From Candidatus Bathyarchaeota archaeon (GTDB lineage: Archaea; Thermoproteota; Bathyarchaeia; Bathyarchaeales; DTEX01), in contig JAGTQE010000005.1 of NCBI GenBank assembly GCA_018396635.1, positions 11,325 to 75,324 of the forward strand: 64,000 nt of DNA, in the 5' to 3' direction. Below are positions 50,289 through 61,634 of the stretch, in pieces (position 1 is the first letter of the stretch; each line of letters opens with the position of its first letter). The position numbers and the translations under genes were made by a program. Under the pieces are notes generated by a model. That model was not told where the DNA came from, made no database searches, and worked only from the letters and a program-made list of their open reading frames with translations.

Positions 50289-51308
50289 TTAGACTATTTT
50301 TGGTGACGAAAATTTTGACATGCCCCTTTTTCTCAGCACAGTTATTAGATCGTTTAATATTGCTGAAATAGTTTCTTTCCCGGCTCCATAACCTACAAGG
50401 GTTATCTCTCTTGCTAAGTCCGTCTCGATATGAATTGCATTCAATGTTCCATGTACGCATATTGGGTGATTTATTGGAACCAGTTTGGGTGCAACCTCGA
50501 GCCCCCTATCTATTGTGCCGATTAGCTTTATTGCGTAATTCGCCCTCTTCGCTAAGCTTATAGCCTCCTGAGTTATGCCACGTATGCCAACTATTCTGAC
50601 GTCATTCAGTCTCGCTTCTCGCCCCATGAGGGCGTTCGCCAAAATAACTAACTTACAGGCAGCGTCTATGCCGTCTATATCGTAGGACGGATCTCTCTCC
50701 GCTATACCCTTCTCTTGAGCCTCTTTAAGGGCGATTTCAAAGCTAATCTCCTCAAAGAACATTCTGGAGAGAATGTAATTTGTTGTCCCATTTAGAATGC
50801 CTGATAACCTGACTATTTTATCGCCTTGCAGACACTCTCTAACCAGGGAGAACACAGGGATCGCCCCAGCGACAGCACCTTCATAGAGTAGGGCACATTC
50901 ATTTCTCTCCGCTAAGTTCATAAGCTCCCTAAATGCCAAGACAAGTGGACCTTTATTGGGTGTAATAACGTGTATACCCCTACTTAATGCAAGCCTAATG
51001 TGCGTCAGACCCGGTTCACCATCCTTGATGTTTGTTGGTGTTGCCTCAACCATTATGTCGCATAAATTCTGGCCGAGTAGATCTAAAGCTGTTCCACCAA
51101 GCTTATAGTCTCTATGCTCTGAGAGCCTAGTAATCTTGTTAAGATCATCAATATCTATACCCTTACCATTATATAGGTAGCCTTTACTATCCACGATACC
51201 AACGACCTTAAAATCCCTATCAATGCTCCTCAGAAAGCTCATCTTATCCCTTAAAGCCTTAACGAGCTCTCTTCCAATGAAGCCGAACCCAACTATTAAG
51301 AGCCTCAT
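50289..51308 (-). CDS. hom: Homoserine dehydrogenase
   Basis: GFGFIG, PNKGP, EGAVAGAIP, GILNGTTNYIL, DAACK. Confidence 0.93.
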   Translation of the reverse strand: MRLLIVGFGFIGRELVKALRDKMSFLRSIDRDFKVVGIVDSKGYLYNGKGIDIDDLNKITRLSEHRDYKLGGTALDLLGQNLCDIMVEATPTNIKDGEPGLTHIRLALSRGIHVITPNKGPLVLAFRELMNLAERNECALLYEGAVAGAIPVFSLVRECLQGDKIVRLSGILNGTTNYILSRMFFEEISFEIALKEAQEKGIAERDPSYDIDGIDAACKLVILANALMGREARLNDVRIVGIRGITQEAISLAKRANYAIKLIGTIDRGLEVAPKLVPINHPICVHGTLNAIHIETDLAREITLVGYGAGKETISAILNDLITVLRKRGMSKFSSPKIV

Positions 51309-51340
51309 CCATTCTTCTCCTGCGCTTCAGTCTTTTAGTT

Positions 51341-51817
51341 TCAGGCGTATATTGGCGCTATTAATAGCGCATTCTGATCTTCAGCTAATCTCCTGAGATG
51401 GTCTACGAGAATATTAACAGCTTCTGCATGGGTTTCAACATCAAGTTTAATTGAAACTTTATTCAGACTCGGTGTTAAGATTTCTAAGCCTATTATTTCC
51501 ACCCCCTCAATTCTCGACTCAATAATCTTCTTCAAATCCGTAATTCCAATTAATATAAATGTCAGCCTAACCTTCTCCACAACCTCCTCAGACTTTATCA
51601 CCGCTATACCAAGATTCTTTAGCTCGTTTATCGCGTTCCTAAAGTTTTGTCGAGATGGAAAATCAACAACTAAGCTTACTGGAACATACCCTTCAACAGG
51701 CTTATCCCTCTCATGTATAATTGATATTATGTTTCCACCATTCTTTGCAATGGGTTCTAGGGCCCTAAGTAGCTGACCCGGCTTATCTGCGAGTGCAAGG
51801 GTCATATCAAACTTCAA
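51341..51817 (-). CDS. ACT-domain protein associated with homoserine dehydrogenase
   Basis: LADKPGQL...GGNIISIIH. Confidence 0.85.
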   Translation of the reverse strand: MKFDMTLALADKPGQLLRALEPIAKNGGNIISIIHERDKPVEGYVPVSLVVDFPSRQNFRNAINELKNLGIAVIKSEEVVEKVRLTFILIGITDLKKIIESRIEGVEIIGLEILTPSLNKVSIKLDVETHAEAVNILVDHLRRLAEDQNALLIAPIYA

Positions 51818-51852
51818 GGGCTATCACATCCATGCTGAGCAAGCGCATAAAC

Positions 51853-53544
51853 TTATAGTTCTGGAGATGGGCTCCTGAAGGTCCCGCCAGTATCTGCTGA
51901 TTGAACAAAATACCAGTATCTCCTTAAGTATCCCTTAAAAATCTTTGGAGGCCTAGGCTTCCATGAAGATAGGCGCTGCTTGATTTCCTCATCGCTTAAC
52001 TCGACATCCAGTCTCCTTGCAGGTATATCGATGCTTACAATATCTCCATCTTTTAGGGAAGCTATTGGGCCCCCTTCAGCCGCCTCTGGTGAAACGTGGC
52101 CTATACATGGCCCCCTAGTTGCGCCTGAGAACCTACCATCGGTTATCAGCGCAACTGAGTTACTTAAACCCATACCGGCTATAGCCGCTGTTGGTGAAAG
52201 CATCTCACGCATTCCAGGCCCACCCTTAGGCCCCTCATATCTTATGACGATCACATCACCACTATTAATTTCACGATTTAGAATAGCCTTCATAGCATCT
52301 TCCTCTGAATCAAATACTCTAGCCGGACCCCTATGAACTAGCATTCGTGGCGATATAGCTGTTGTCTTGGTCACAGCGCCCTTTGGCGCTAGGTTACCGA
52401 ATAAAACCGCTATACCTCCCTCCCTATGTACTGGATTATCTAAGGGTCTAATGACTTCCGTGTCATATATTATAGCGTCCTTTATATTCTCGCCTACTGT
52501 CTTCCCAGTTACCGTTAATGCATCTAAATGTAGCCTTTCACCTAAAGTCTTCATAACTGCTGGTATACCGCCAGCAGCATCGAGCTCCTCCATATCATAT
52601 GGACCGCTAGGTCTCATGTCACATATATGTGGGACTCTCCTAGCGATCTCATCGAACGTTCTAAGCGGCAACTCTACGCCAGCCTCTTCAGCAATAGCCT
52701 TAACGTGCAGGACAGCGTTTGTGGATCCTCCCAGCGCCATGTCAACTGCTATGGCGTTCTCGAAAGCCTTTCGGGTTAAGATTTCTGAGGGCTTAAGATC
52801 CTCCTTAACCATCTCAACTATCCTCTCGCCACTCTTCTTGGCTATACGAAGCTTCTTGGATGACACTGCCAGAGCTGTTGCGCATCCAGGAAGCGATAGG
52901 CCAAGCGCTTCGGCTACGCATGCCATTGTATTGGCAGTGTACATGCCATTACATGAGCCGCAGCTGGGGAAAGCGTAATCCTCTAGGACCTTTAACCCCT
53001 CTAAACTTATTTTTCCAGCTGAGTACTCACCTATAGCTTCAAATATTGCTGTTACGTCAACACGCCTGCGCCCATATCTGCCCGAAAGCATCGGGCCACC
53101 GGTCACAACTATCGCCGGAACATTTAGTCTTGCAGCCGCCATAATCATGCCCGGAGTTATCTTATCGCAGTTGGTTAATAGGACTAGGCCGTCGAAGTGA
53201 TATGCTTCAGCCATGACCTCAATTGAGTCTGCAATGAGCTCTCTGGAGGGAAGCGAGTAATGCATGCCCTTATGCCCCATAGCCAATCCATCACATATTG
53301 CTATGGTATTAAACTCAAATGGAACACCGCCAGCTGCCCTAACACCAGCCTTAACGTACTGGACGAGCTTATCTAGGTGCATATGGCCCGGAACAAGATC
53401 CGTAAAGCTATTTGCTATGCCGATAAATGGCTTGCTGAAATCCTCATCTGTAACACCTAGACATTTCCAAATGGCCCTATGCGGGGCCCTCTCAACACCA
53501 AACTTAACGACATCGCTCCTCAAATCCACTAAGCCCCGCCACAT
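51853..53544 (-). CDS. ilvD: Dihydroxy-acid dehydratase
   Basis: [41 protein letters not shown]. Confidence 0.96.
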   Translation of the reverse strand: MWRGLVDLRSDVVKFGVERAPHRAIWKCLGVTDEDFSKPFIGIANSFTDLVPGHMHLDKLVQYVKAGVRAAGGVPFEFNTIAICDGLAMGHKGMHYSLPSRELIADSIEVMAEAYHFDGLVLLTNCDKITPGMIMAAARLNVPAIVVTGGPMLSGRYGRRRVDVTAIFEAIGEYSAGKISLEGLKVLEDYAFPSCGSCNGMYTANTMACVAEALGLSLPGCATALAVSSKKLRIAKKSGERIVEMVKEDLKPSEILTRKAFENAIAVDMALGGSTNAVLHVKAIAEEAGVELPLRTFDEIARRVPHICDMRPSGPYDMEELDAAGGIPAVMKTLGERLHLDALTVTGKTVGENIKDAIIYDTEVIRPLDNPVHREGGIAVLFGNLAPKGAVTKTTAISPRMLVHRGPARVFDSEEDAMKAILNREINSGDVIVIRYEGPKGGPGMREMLSPTAAIAGMGLSNSVALITDGRFSGATRGPCIGHVSPEAAEGGPIASLKDGDIVSIDIPARRLDVELSDEEIKQRLSSWKPRPPKIFKGYLRRYWYFVQSADTGGTFRSPSPEL

Positions 53545-53622
53545 TTAACAAATATTTACTTTATAAGCCGCTGATGTTAATAAAGTCTTTGCGGAACATG
53601 ATTTAAAGGCAATATTTTTCCA

Positions 53623-54792
53623 TCACTCAACCCATCCGCAAACCTTCCTAAGGAGATTCAAGAAATATTGGAAGTTTTCGAAAGAAACGTCTGGTGGAAC
53701 GGCGTGATCGACGCCGGGGAAATAGCCGCCAGACTTTATTACTGGTGAAACTCTACTGACCTCTTGGTCTATGTCCCCCTTTGAGGATGCGAGCTTTCTC
53801 TTGTCGATGCCGCCCATCATTATAAGTTTAGGGTATTTACGCCTAAGAATATTGACGTCCATGCCTGCGGCAACTTCACATGGCGTTATCCCATTAACCC
53901 CTGTTTCCAGGAGATCTGGCAGGAGCGGCTCAAGGTTACCATCACTGTCAACGAAGATCACTTTGACGCCATTGCTTTTAAGGAAATCTATAATCTCTCT
54001 GTATGTCGGTGAGAGACGATCCCTGAAAAGCGCTGGTGAAATCATGGGCCCATGCTTATAAGCCATGTCCTCGTTCAGTATAACGTAGTCTACTTCCACT
54101 TCCTCTAGGGCTCTCTCCAGGGTTTTTGAGTGGAACTCGACGTATAGGTCTAGGATGTCATGAATTAAATCCTTCTCTTTAAAGAATGAGATCAGCGTTC
54201 TCTCAAGCCCCATCATGTCTCTAATCCACCAGAATGGGCCGCTGAAGCTCATGCTCACTAAATAGGCCCTGCCCCTCTCGTTAAGTCTTTTTGCCATTTC
54301 CCGCCATTTCGGCGGGTATCTCTCAGGCGAGTTGGGGTTATAGCGCTTTCTAATATTCTCAAAGTCGCTTCTCGTCTTAACTGGGAAATCAATAAATGTT
54401 CTTGTTGCGAAGCCGCTCCAGCCATCCTTCCAATCCTCTTGGAAGCCTATCTGCGTTACACCTAAACTATCTATCCAGATGCGGTACCGCTCATCCTCCC
54501 TAAGAACCCTATATTCGAATGGCGGTATGGGGCCTAAGTTCACTAGCGTTTCACTGGGCTCCCACTTAAATCCTTCGGAGGGGTGGGAGATTATATTAAC
54601 GGAGTTCAGGCCGTAAACATCGAACCTAAAGTATTTTGAAGCGCTAAGACCGTATGGCAATCCTTCACTCCACCAGCGCTTAAGGGTTGCCGGCCTAATC
54701 TCCCATAGGGAGAGCGGAATCTTATCCGGTTTTCCAAAGAACGCAACTTCGAAAAACCTCTCTCTAACAGATAATCTTCGCTCTAGACTCAT
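53623..54792 (-). CDS. Uroporphyrinogen decarboxylase family (MtaA/CmuA-like) protein
   Basis: EDMAYKHGPMISP, VDSDGN, GGIDK, DHAVPPDVS. Confidence 0.78.
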   Translation of the reverse strand: MSLERRLSVRERFFEVAFFGKPDKIPLSLWEIRPATLKRWWSEGLPYGLSASKYFRFDVYGLNSVNIISHPSEGFKWEPSETLVNLGPIPPFEYRVLREDERYRIWIDSLGVTQIGFQEDWKDGWSGFATRTFIDFPVKTRSDFENIRKRYNPNSPERYPPKWREMAKRLNERGRAYLVSMSFSGPFWWIRDMMGLERTLISFFKEKDLIHDILDLYVEFHSKTLERALEEVEVDYVILNEDMAYKHGPMISPALFRDRLSPTYREIIDFLKSNGVKVIFVDSDGNLEPLLPDLLETGVNGITPCEVAAGMDVNILRRKYPKLIMMGGIDKRKLASSKGDIDQEVSRVSPVIKSGGYFPGVDHAVPPDVSFENFQYFLNLLRKVCGWVE

Positions 54793-54864
54793 AGCGCTCC
54801 TCTCTGATGAGGAAGAAGCTAAAAATAAAACTGAAGTTAGTTACGTATATGTTTTATTGCAAGC

Positions 54865-55232
54865 CTACGTTTTTATCATAGCATAAGCCGCTGTGAACAT
54901 TAGGTACGGCTCAAATATTGATGAATTATTCTCAGTGGCAGTCACTATTGTTCCGCCGACTGGCGGCGGATAGTTAGCGAAATTATTGCCAAATGAAACC
55001 TTATTCTCTTACTCTTTGTTCCCATTACGCTTCCAAAAGCCCTCAGAGCGGCTGAATTGGGCGAATATATTTCCACTGGCTTCAAGACCTATGCTTATTC
55101 GCGTTGTGGGCCTCATCATCACCCGTCTCGGGGAAATATATTTCGCCTGAAGGAGCAGTTAACACCATAGAGGAGAACTGCAACAAGAAGGATTAGCAGC
55201 GTTAAAGCTACAATGAGCCTTATCTTCCTCAG
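54865..55232 (-). pseudogene. Probable remnant of a secreted, C-terminally anchored surface protein
   Basis: Signal-peptide-like RKIRLIVALTLLILLVAVLLYG followed by a stop; downstream piece PPPVGGTIV...IFEPYLMFTAAYAMIKT*. Confidence 0.4.
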
Positions 55233-55345
55233 CTTTGATCACAAAACATTAGGTAGGTTTGCTCAGCAGAATATGCGATGGTCTCGGGAACCGAAAGGCT
55301 TTTATATTAATCGCCAATATTTGCTTGTTTTGAGGTTGCCGTAAA

Positions 55346-56894
55346 ATGGGGAATTGTTTTATTTAAGCCGGGAAGCTATTTACCAAAGAAGGTTAAAATT
55401 CTAGACACGACTTTACGCGATGGTGAACAGACTCCTGAAGTATCATTAACGCCCGATAAAAAGGTTTTAATCGCTAAGAAGCTCGATGAGATCGGAGTGG
55501 ATATTATAGAGGCTGGCTTTGCAGCAGCATCTGAGGGTGAAGCTGAGGCTATAAAGCTTATAGCAAAGGAAAATTTGAGGGCTGAGATATGTAGCTTCGC
55601 TAGGGGCGTTAAAAGCGATATAGATGCTGCCCTAAAATGTGACGTAGATTCAATATTCCTTGTCATACCCGCATCAGACATTCATATAAGGCATAAGCTC
55701 AGAAAGACTAGAGAAGAAGTCTTAAAAATGGTTGAAGAATGCGTTGATTACGCCAAGGATCACGGTTTAGTGGTTGAGTTTGGACCTGAGGATTCCACAA
55801 GAAGCGACATAAACTTCCTTAAGGAGACCATTAATGCTGCAGTCAAAGCTGGCGCTGAGAGAGTTACACCGCCGGATACTGTTGGCATTTTAACTCCTGA
55901 GAAATCCTACGAACTCTTCTCTAACCTGAAAAGAGCATTCCCAAACGTACCCTTCGGCGTACACTGTCATGATGACTTCGGCTTAGCTGTAGCTAACACT
56001 TTAGCCGCATTAATGGCGGGCGCTGAGGAAGCTCATGTAACAGTTAATGGGCTTGGCGAGAGGGCTGGGAACGCAGCCCTAGAGGAGGTTGCCGTTGCGC
56101 TAAAGATACACTATGGTGTAGAAACTTCCATAAAGACCGAGCTGCTTTACGATTTATCGATGCTTGTCTCAAGATTGACTGGCATAGTTATTCAACCCAA
56201 TAAAGCTATCGTCGGTGAAAACGCCTTCACCCATGAATCCGGCATACATACACACGCGATTCTATCCGAGCCAACAACATATGAAGCCATACCGCCTGAG
56301 CTTGTCGGCAGAAAGAGGCGAATAGTTGCTGGTAAACACGCGGGCTCACATGGTATAAGGGCGGCCCTAATGGAGATGGGGCTAAACCCAACCGAGGAGC
56401 AGCTTAAAGAGATATTTAAGAGGGTTAAGGAAGTTGGAGATAAGGGTAAGAGGGTTACTGACGCCGATCTTAAGGCGATAGCTGAAGCGGTTATGGGGAT
56501 ACCCTCAATCCAACCAATAAAGCTGGAGGAGCTAACCGTCGTAACGGGGAATAGTGTCACGCCAACAGCTTCTGTTAAACTTAATGTCAATGGGAGAACT
56601 ATTATTGAAGCTGCCACAGGCGTCGGCCCAGTTGACGCCGCAATAAACGCCATAAGAAAGGCTGTTTCAGCAATAGAACCAATCCGCTTAGAAGAGTATT
56701 ACGTTAAAGCTATAACTGGTGGAACGGACGCCGTGGTGGAGGTCATCGTCAGATTGCGTAAGGGAGATCAGGTAGCTACGGCGATGGGGGTTCATGAAGA
56801 CATAGTTATGGCGAGCGTTAATGCAATGATAAGCGGTATAAATGTTTTAATGGGCAGCAACAGGACAAGTGGGCTAAGAAATGCAGCGCAATAA
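55346..56894 (+). CDS. cimA: (R)-citramalate synthase (LeuA family); 5' end has no in-frame start codon
   Basis: DTTLRDGEQ lies upstream of the called GTG; VDSIFLVIPASDIH (CimA-like), HCHDD, GERAGN, HESGIH, C-terminal regulatory domain. Confidence 0.75.
56043..56091 (+). repeat. 49-bp exact repeat, copy 1 (in cimA)
   Basis: GTTAATGGGCTTGGCGAGAGGGCTGGGAACGCAGCCCTAGAGGAGGTTG, identical to 63844-63892. Confidence 0.9.
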
Positions 56895-56899
56895 TGGCC

Positions 56900-57105
56900 A
56901 AAAGATTTTTAAGTAACATCTGCAAATATTACATGCGTTTTCTTATCCCTTGGAGGGCGAAAAGTGAGGGATATACGGGTACGGAGGAATTGCTACCTCC
57001 ACAGCGAATAACCACTTTCATAGCTTGAGCGCCATAAGAAGCATTCCTTTATCATTCTATGAGAAGTATCCAATAAAAATCGAGAGAATTACGGGGTGAT
57101 TCTAG
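56900..57105 (+). promoter_or_regulatory. Promoter and long structured 5' leader of ilvB with a 31-codon uORF
   Basis: AAAAGATTTTTAAG; ATG 56933 to TGA 57028; hairpins at 56944-56973 and 56983-57000. Confidence 0.45.
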
Positions 57106-58788
57106 ATGAGTAGAATGAGTGGAGCAAAGGCCTTAATAGAGGCTTTAAAGAGGGAAAAGGTTGAGGTTATATTCGGCATACCGGGTGGCGCAATCCTTCC
57201 AGTATACGATGCTCTCTATAACTCGGATATAAAGCATATTTTAATGAGACATGAGCAGTGCGCAGCCCATGCAGCTGATGGGTATGCTAGGGCTAGTGGC
57301 AGAGTCGGCGTCTGCATGTCCACGTCCGGTCCAGGGGCAACAAATCTCGTCACTGGGATAGCAACTGCTTACATGGATTCTTCGCCTATAGTTGCCATAA
57401 CCGGTCAGGTTCCAAGGGCGTTTATAGGTAAAGACGCATTTCAGGAGACCGATATTATTGGAATAACTACGCCTATAACCAAATGCAACTTCCAGGTTAG
57501 AGAGGCTTCTGAGATACCTAAGATTGTTAAGACCGCCTTTTATATAGCGTCAACCGGTAGGAGGGGGCCTGTCCTGATAGATCTTCCTAGAGACGTTCAG
57601 ACCGAGGAGTCCGAAATGAGCTTTGATTATAAGGTGGAGCTCAGGGGCTATAAGCCAATCTATGATCCACATCCACTACAGGTTGAGAAAGCAGCTAATC
57701 TGCTAATTCAAGCCGAACGCCCAGTGATAGTTGCAGGTGGAGGAGTTATAGCTTCGGACGCCTCTCCGGAGCTGCTCGCCCTATCTGAGCTATTAATCGC
57801 GCCAGTTGCAACAACACTCATGGGTAAGGGCGCCATACCGGAAAATCATCCGCTTTCAATAGGTATGTTAGGTATGCATGGCACAGTTGCGGCCAACTAT
57901 TTGGTTCAGGAGGCGGATGTATTATTGGCTGTTGGCACGAGGTTCTCTGATAGAAGCACTGGAAACATTAAGACATTTTGCCCGAACGGAAAGATAATCC
58001 ATGTGGACATAGATGCTTCAGAGATAGGTAAAAACATTAAGCCCTATGTTCCAATAGTTGCCGATGCGAAGAGGGCGCTAAAAGCAATCTACGATCGGAT
58101 AGTTGAGAAATTCAATAGAAAGGAGCGATCAACATGGTTTAACAGGATCCAGGAGCTAAAGAGAATGCATGAAGAGCTCATAAAGTCCGATAATGAGCGA
58201 ATTAGACCGCCAGCTTTAATGGCTGAGATAAGAAATATCCTACCAAACGACGCCATCATAACGACGGAAGTTGGGCAGAACCAGATGTGGGCTGCACTAT
58301 ATTTGAAGGTTTATAAGCCAAGAAAATTCATAAGTTCAGGCGGGCTTGGAACAATGGGCTTTGGCTTCCCAGCCGCAATAGGCGCTAAGGTAGCGTGCCC
58401 AGATGTGCCTGTTGTCGATATAGCTGGCGACGGAAGCTTCCTTATGACCGAGCAGGATCTCGCATCATCAATAGCGTGGAAGATACCTATTATCGTGGTA
58501 ATTTTGAATAACTTGGTCCTTGGCATGGTTGCACAGTGGCAAAGATTATTTTACGGTAGGCGCTACTTCGCGGTGGAACTTAAAGGCATACCGGATTTTG
58601 TTAAGCTTGCTGAGGCATATGGTGCGCAGGGTTTCAGGGTTCAGTCTATAGACGAGTTTAGGAGGGCCTTCAAAGAGGCTTTAAACAGTGATGTGACAAC
58701 AGTCATAGATGTTCCAATATCGCCTGAGGAGAACGTTTTACCTATGGTCCCGCCGGGTCAAGATCTTAAAAATGTTATGTTGAGTTGA
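57106..58788 (+). CDS. ilvB: Acetolactate synthase large subunit
   Basis: RHEQ, TSGPGATN, GQNQMW, GDGSF. Confidence 0.96.
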   Translation: MSRMSGAKALIEALKREKVEVIFGIPGGAILPVYDALYNSDIKHILMRHEQCAAHAADGYARASGRVGVCMSTSGPGATNLVTGIATAYMDSSPIVAITGQVPRAFIGKDAFQETDIIGITTPITKCNFQVREASEIPKIVKTAFYIASTGRRGPVLIDLPRDVQTEESEMSFDYKVELRGYKPIYDPHPLQVEKAANLLIQAERPVIVAGGGVIASDASPELLALSELLIAPVATTLMGKGAIPENHPLSIGMLGMHGTVAANYLVQEADVLLAVGTRFSDRSTGNIKTFCPNGKIIHVDIDASEIGKNIKPYVPIVADAKRALKAIYDRIVEKFNRKERSTWFNRIQELKRMHEELIKSDNERIRPPALMAEIRNILPNDAIITTEVGQNQMWAALYLKVYKPRKFISSGGLGTMGFGFPAAIGAKVACPDVPVVDIAGDGSFLMTEQDLASSIAWKIPIIVVILNNLVLGMVAQWQRLFYGRRYFAVELKGIPDFVKLAEAYGAQGFRVQSIDEFRRAFKEALNSDVTTVIDVPISPEENVLPMVPPGQDLKNVMLS

Positions 58789-58794
58789 TGGGCC

Positions 58795-59313
58795 ATGGGT
58801 GAGGAGAAGAAGACTTATATGATATCGGCGTTGGTTGAGCACAGGCCTGGGGTACTTTACAGCATCTCAAATATGTTTAGGAGGAGGGGCTTTAATATAG
58901 AGAGCATCTCCGTTGGCGAAGCTGAGCAGCCTGACTTAGCCAGAATGACTATAACAATTAAGGGCGATGAGACATTAGTTGAGCAGGTTGTTAAGCAGCT
59001 GAAGAAGCTTATATGCGTTATTAAGGTTAGCATACTCGATCCAAATAACACGGTTGCTAGAGAGCTAGCCCTTATAAAAGTGAATACGCCGGACACAAAA
59101 ATTAGGACAGATGTAATAAATTATGTTGAGATATTTAAGGGACATATTGTCGATGTATCTCATGACTCATTAACAATAGAGATAACTGGAGATACAGATA
59201 AGATAAGTGCGTTCATAGAGTTGATGAAACCCTTCGGTATAAAGGAGATCGCCAGGACCGGGATAGCCGCCCTTCCAAGGGAGATGAAGGCTATTAGAAT
59301 GGAAACAGAATAA
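58795..59313 (+). CDS. ilvN: Acetolactate synthase small subunit
   Basis: HRPGVL, RRGFNIESI, RELALIKV, EIARTG. Confidence 0.95.
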   Translation: MGEEKKTYMISALVEHRPGVLYSISNMFRRRGFNIESISVGEAEQPDLARMTITIKGDETLVEQVVKQLKKLICVIKVSILDPNNTVARELALIKVNTPDTKIRTDVINYVEIFKGHIVDVSHDSLTIEITGDTDKISAFIELMKPFGIKEIARTGIAALPREMKAIRMETE

Positions 59314-59346
59314 GAGAGAATTAGCATGATTATTGGGTGAAGGAGA

Positions 59347-60336
59347 ATGGTTAAGATATATTTTGATAAAGATGCTGACATCGGCGTAATTAAAGATAAG
59401 ATTATCTCCGTAATCGGCTATGGAAGTCAGGGCTCGGCCCAAGCACAAAACATGCGTGACTCAGGCCTAAAAGTAATTGTTGGTGTTAGACCTGAAGGCG
59501 AGTCTTGGAGGAGAGCCAAAGAGGACGGGTTTGAAGTATATCCGGTTCCAGAAGCTGCTAGGATAGGCGACATAATTTTTATGCTTGTCCCAGACATGGT
59601 TCAGCCAGCAATATATAGGGAGAGCATAGCGCCAAATCTTTCAGAGGGAAAGGTTCTAGACTTCGCACATGGCTTCAACGTACATTTTGGGCAGATAGTT
59701 CCGCCAAAAAATATAGATGTTATAATGGTTGCCCCAAAAAGCCCTGGGCCAAGGCTACGCGAAACATATCTGAGCGGTTTTGGTGTTCCAGCCCTAATAG
59801 CCATCTATCAAGACTATTCGGGTAAGGCTAAGAGTATAGCGCTTGCAATAGCTAAGGCCCTAGGATGCACAAGGGCCGGTGTCATAGAGACAACCTTTAA
59901 AGATGAGACTGAAAGCGATCTTATAGGCGAGCAGACTGTTTTAGTCGGTGGGCTAATCGAGCTCATCAAGAAGGGGTTTGAGGTGCTTGTTGAATGCGGT
60001 TACCCACCCGAGCTCGCGTATTTTGAGGCTTGTAATGAGGCTAAACTGATAATGGATCTAATCTATCAGAAGGGGATAGTGGGGATGCTTAGGGCTGTTT
60101 CCGACACAGCTAAGTATGGCGGCCTAACAATCGGGCCTAAAGTGATAGATGAACATGTTAAGGAGAATATGCGTAGGGTTGCGAGGGATGTTCAAAGCGG
60201 AAAATTTGCTAAAGAATGGATAGCTGAGCATGAAGCGGGCGAGAAGACATTGGAGAAGTTGATGAAAGAGATCGAGGAGCATCCAATCGAGAAGGTTGGG
60301 GCCCTTATACGCAGGATGTCTGGGCTTGAAAAATGA
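59347..60336 (+). CDS. ilvC: Ketol-acid reductoisomerase
   Basis: [33 protein letters not shown]. Confidence 0.96.
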   Translation: MVKIYFDKDADIGVIKDKIISVIGYGSQGSAQAQNMRDSGLKVIVGVRPEGESWRRAKEDGFEVYPVPEAARIGDIIFMLVPDMVQPAIYRESIAPNLSEGKVLDFAHGFNVHFGQIVPPKNIDVIMVAPKSPGPRLRETYLSGFGVPALIAIYQDYSGKAKSIALAIAKALGCTRAGVIETTFKDETESDLIGEQTVLVGGLIELIKKGFEVLVECGYPPELAYFEACNEAKLIMDLIYQKGIVGMLRAVSDTAKYGGLTIGPKVIDEHVKENMRRVARDVQSGKFAKEWIAEHEAGEKTLEKLMKEIEEHPIEKVGALIRRMSGLEK

Positions 60337-60358
60337 TCATTTTGTGGTGACCTCTAGT

Positions 60359-61630
60359 TTGAGCGGCATGACTATATCTGAGAAGATTCTGGCATACGCC
60401 TCTGGGGAGGAGTATGTTAAGCCTGGCGACATAGTAGAGGCTAAAGTGGATATGGCCATGATAAATGAGATAACGGGGCCTCTAGCTATACAAATGTTTA
60501 AGCGCATAGGCCTAGAGAAGGTTTGGGATAATCAACGCATAGTTCTTGTTTTAGATCACCAAGTTCCGGCAGACTCCGTTAGATCAGCTGAGTTACATAA
60601 AATCATGAGAGCATTCGCCAAAGAGCAGAATATTCCATACCTGTATGATGTTGGTAATGGTGGGATATGTCACCAAGTGATGGTTGAGAGGGGACACGTC
60701 AGGCCCGGCGAGCTAATTGTAGGCGCAGACTCACATACATGTACATATGGTGCCCTTGGAGCCTTCGCTACAGGAATAGGTTCAACTGAGATGGCTGCTG
60801 TCTTCGCAACTGGTAAAATATGGCTTAAAGTCCCATCCACCATAAAAATCAATGTATCCGGGGCATTTAGGGAGCTTGTAACTCCAAAAGATTTAATATT
60901 GCATATTATTGGCAAGGTTGGTGCTGACGGAGCCACGTATAAGGCGATTGAATTCGCGGGTCCTACGATAAGTGAGATGGATATAAGTGGGCGGCTGACG
61001 CTCTGTAACATGGCTGTTGAGATGGGGGCTAAAACTGGCATAATTGAGCCAGATGAGAAAACAATCCAGTATGTTAGGGAGCGGACAGATAAGCAGTTTA
61101 AAATTTTCAAGAGCGACCGGGATGCTGCATACGAGAAGACTTTGGAGTTCAATGTCGATGATCTTGAGCCGATGGTTGCGTGCCCGCACTCAGTCGATAA
61201 TGTTAGGCCAGTTAAGGACGTTGAGGGCGTTGAGATAGATCAGGCTTTTCTCGGCTCTTGTACAAATGGTCGGCTGGAAGATCTTGAGCTTGCAGCTAGG
61301 ATATTGAGAGGTAGACGCGTTAATAAAGGTGTAAGGATGATCGTTACGCCAGCATCCTCAGAGGTCTATCTTCAGGCGCTGAGAAGGGGATTGCTTGAGG
61401 TTTTTGTTGAGGCTGGAGCATACGTCTGTAACCCAACCTGTGGGGCATGTTTTGGAGGACATATGGGTTTGCTCGCAGCTGGTGAAGTCTGCATAAGCTC
61501 ATCAAATAGGAATTTTATTGGGAGGATGGGCAGCCCAGAGGCGAAGATATATTTGGCTTCCCCGGCAACTGTCGCAGCCTCAGCCGTAGAGGGGAAGATA
61601 ATTGACCCAAGGAGGTTTATGGGGAGGTGA
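60359..61630 (+). CDS. leuC: 3-isopropylmalate dehydratase large subunit
   Basis: GICHQ, GADSHTCT, GSCTNGR, CGAC, NRNF. Confidence 0.93.
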   Translation: MSGMTISEKILAYASGEEYVKPGDIVEAKVDMAMINEITGPLAIQMFKRIGLEKVWDNQRIVLVLDHQVPADSVRSAELHKIMRAFAKEQNIPYLYDVGNGGICHQVMVERGHVRPGELIVGADSHTCTYGALGAFATGIGSTEMAAVFATGKIWLKVPSTIKINVSGAFRELVTPKDLILHIIGKVGADGATYKAIEFAGPTISEMDISGRLTLCNMAVEMGAKTGIIEPDEKTIQYVRERTDKQFKIFKSDRDAAYEKTLEFNVDDLEPMVACPHSVDNVRPVKDVEGVEIDQAFLGSCTNGRLEDLELAARILRGRRVNKGVRMIVTPASSEVYLQALRRGLLEVFVEAGAYVCNPTCGACFGGHMGLLAAGEVCISSSNRNFIGRMGSPEAKIYLASPATVAASAVEGKIIDPRRFMGR

Positions 61631-61634
61631 CGCT

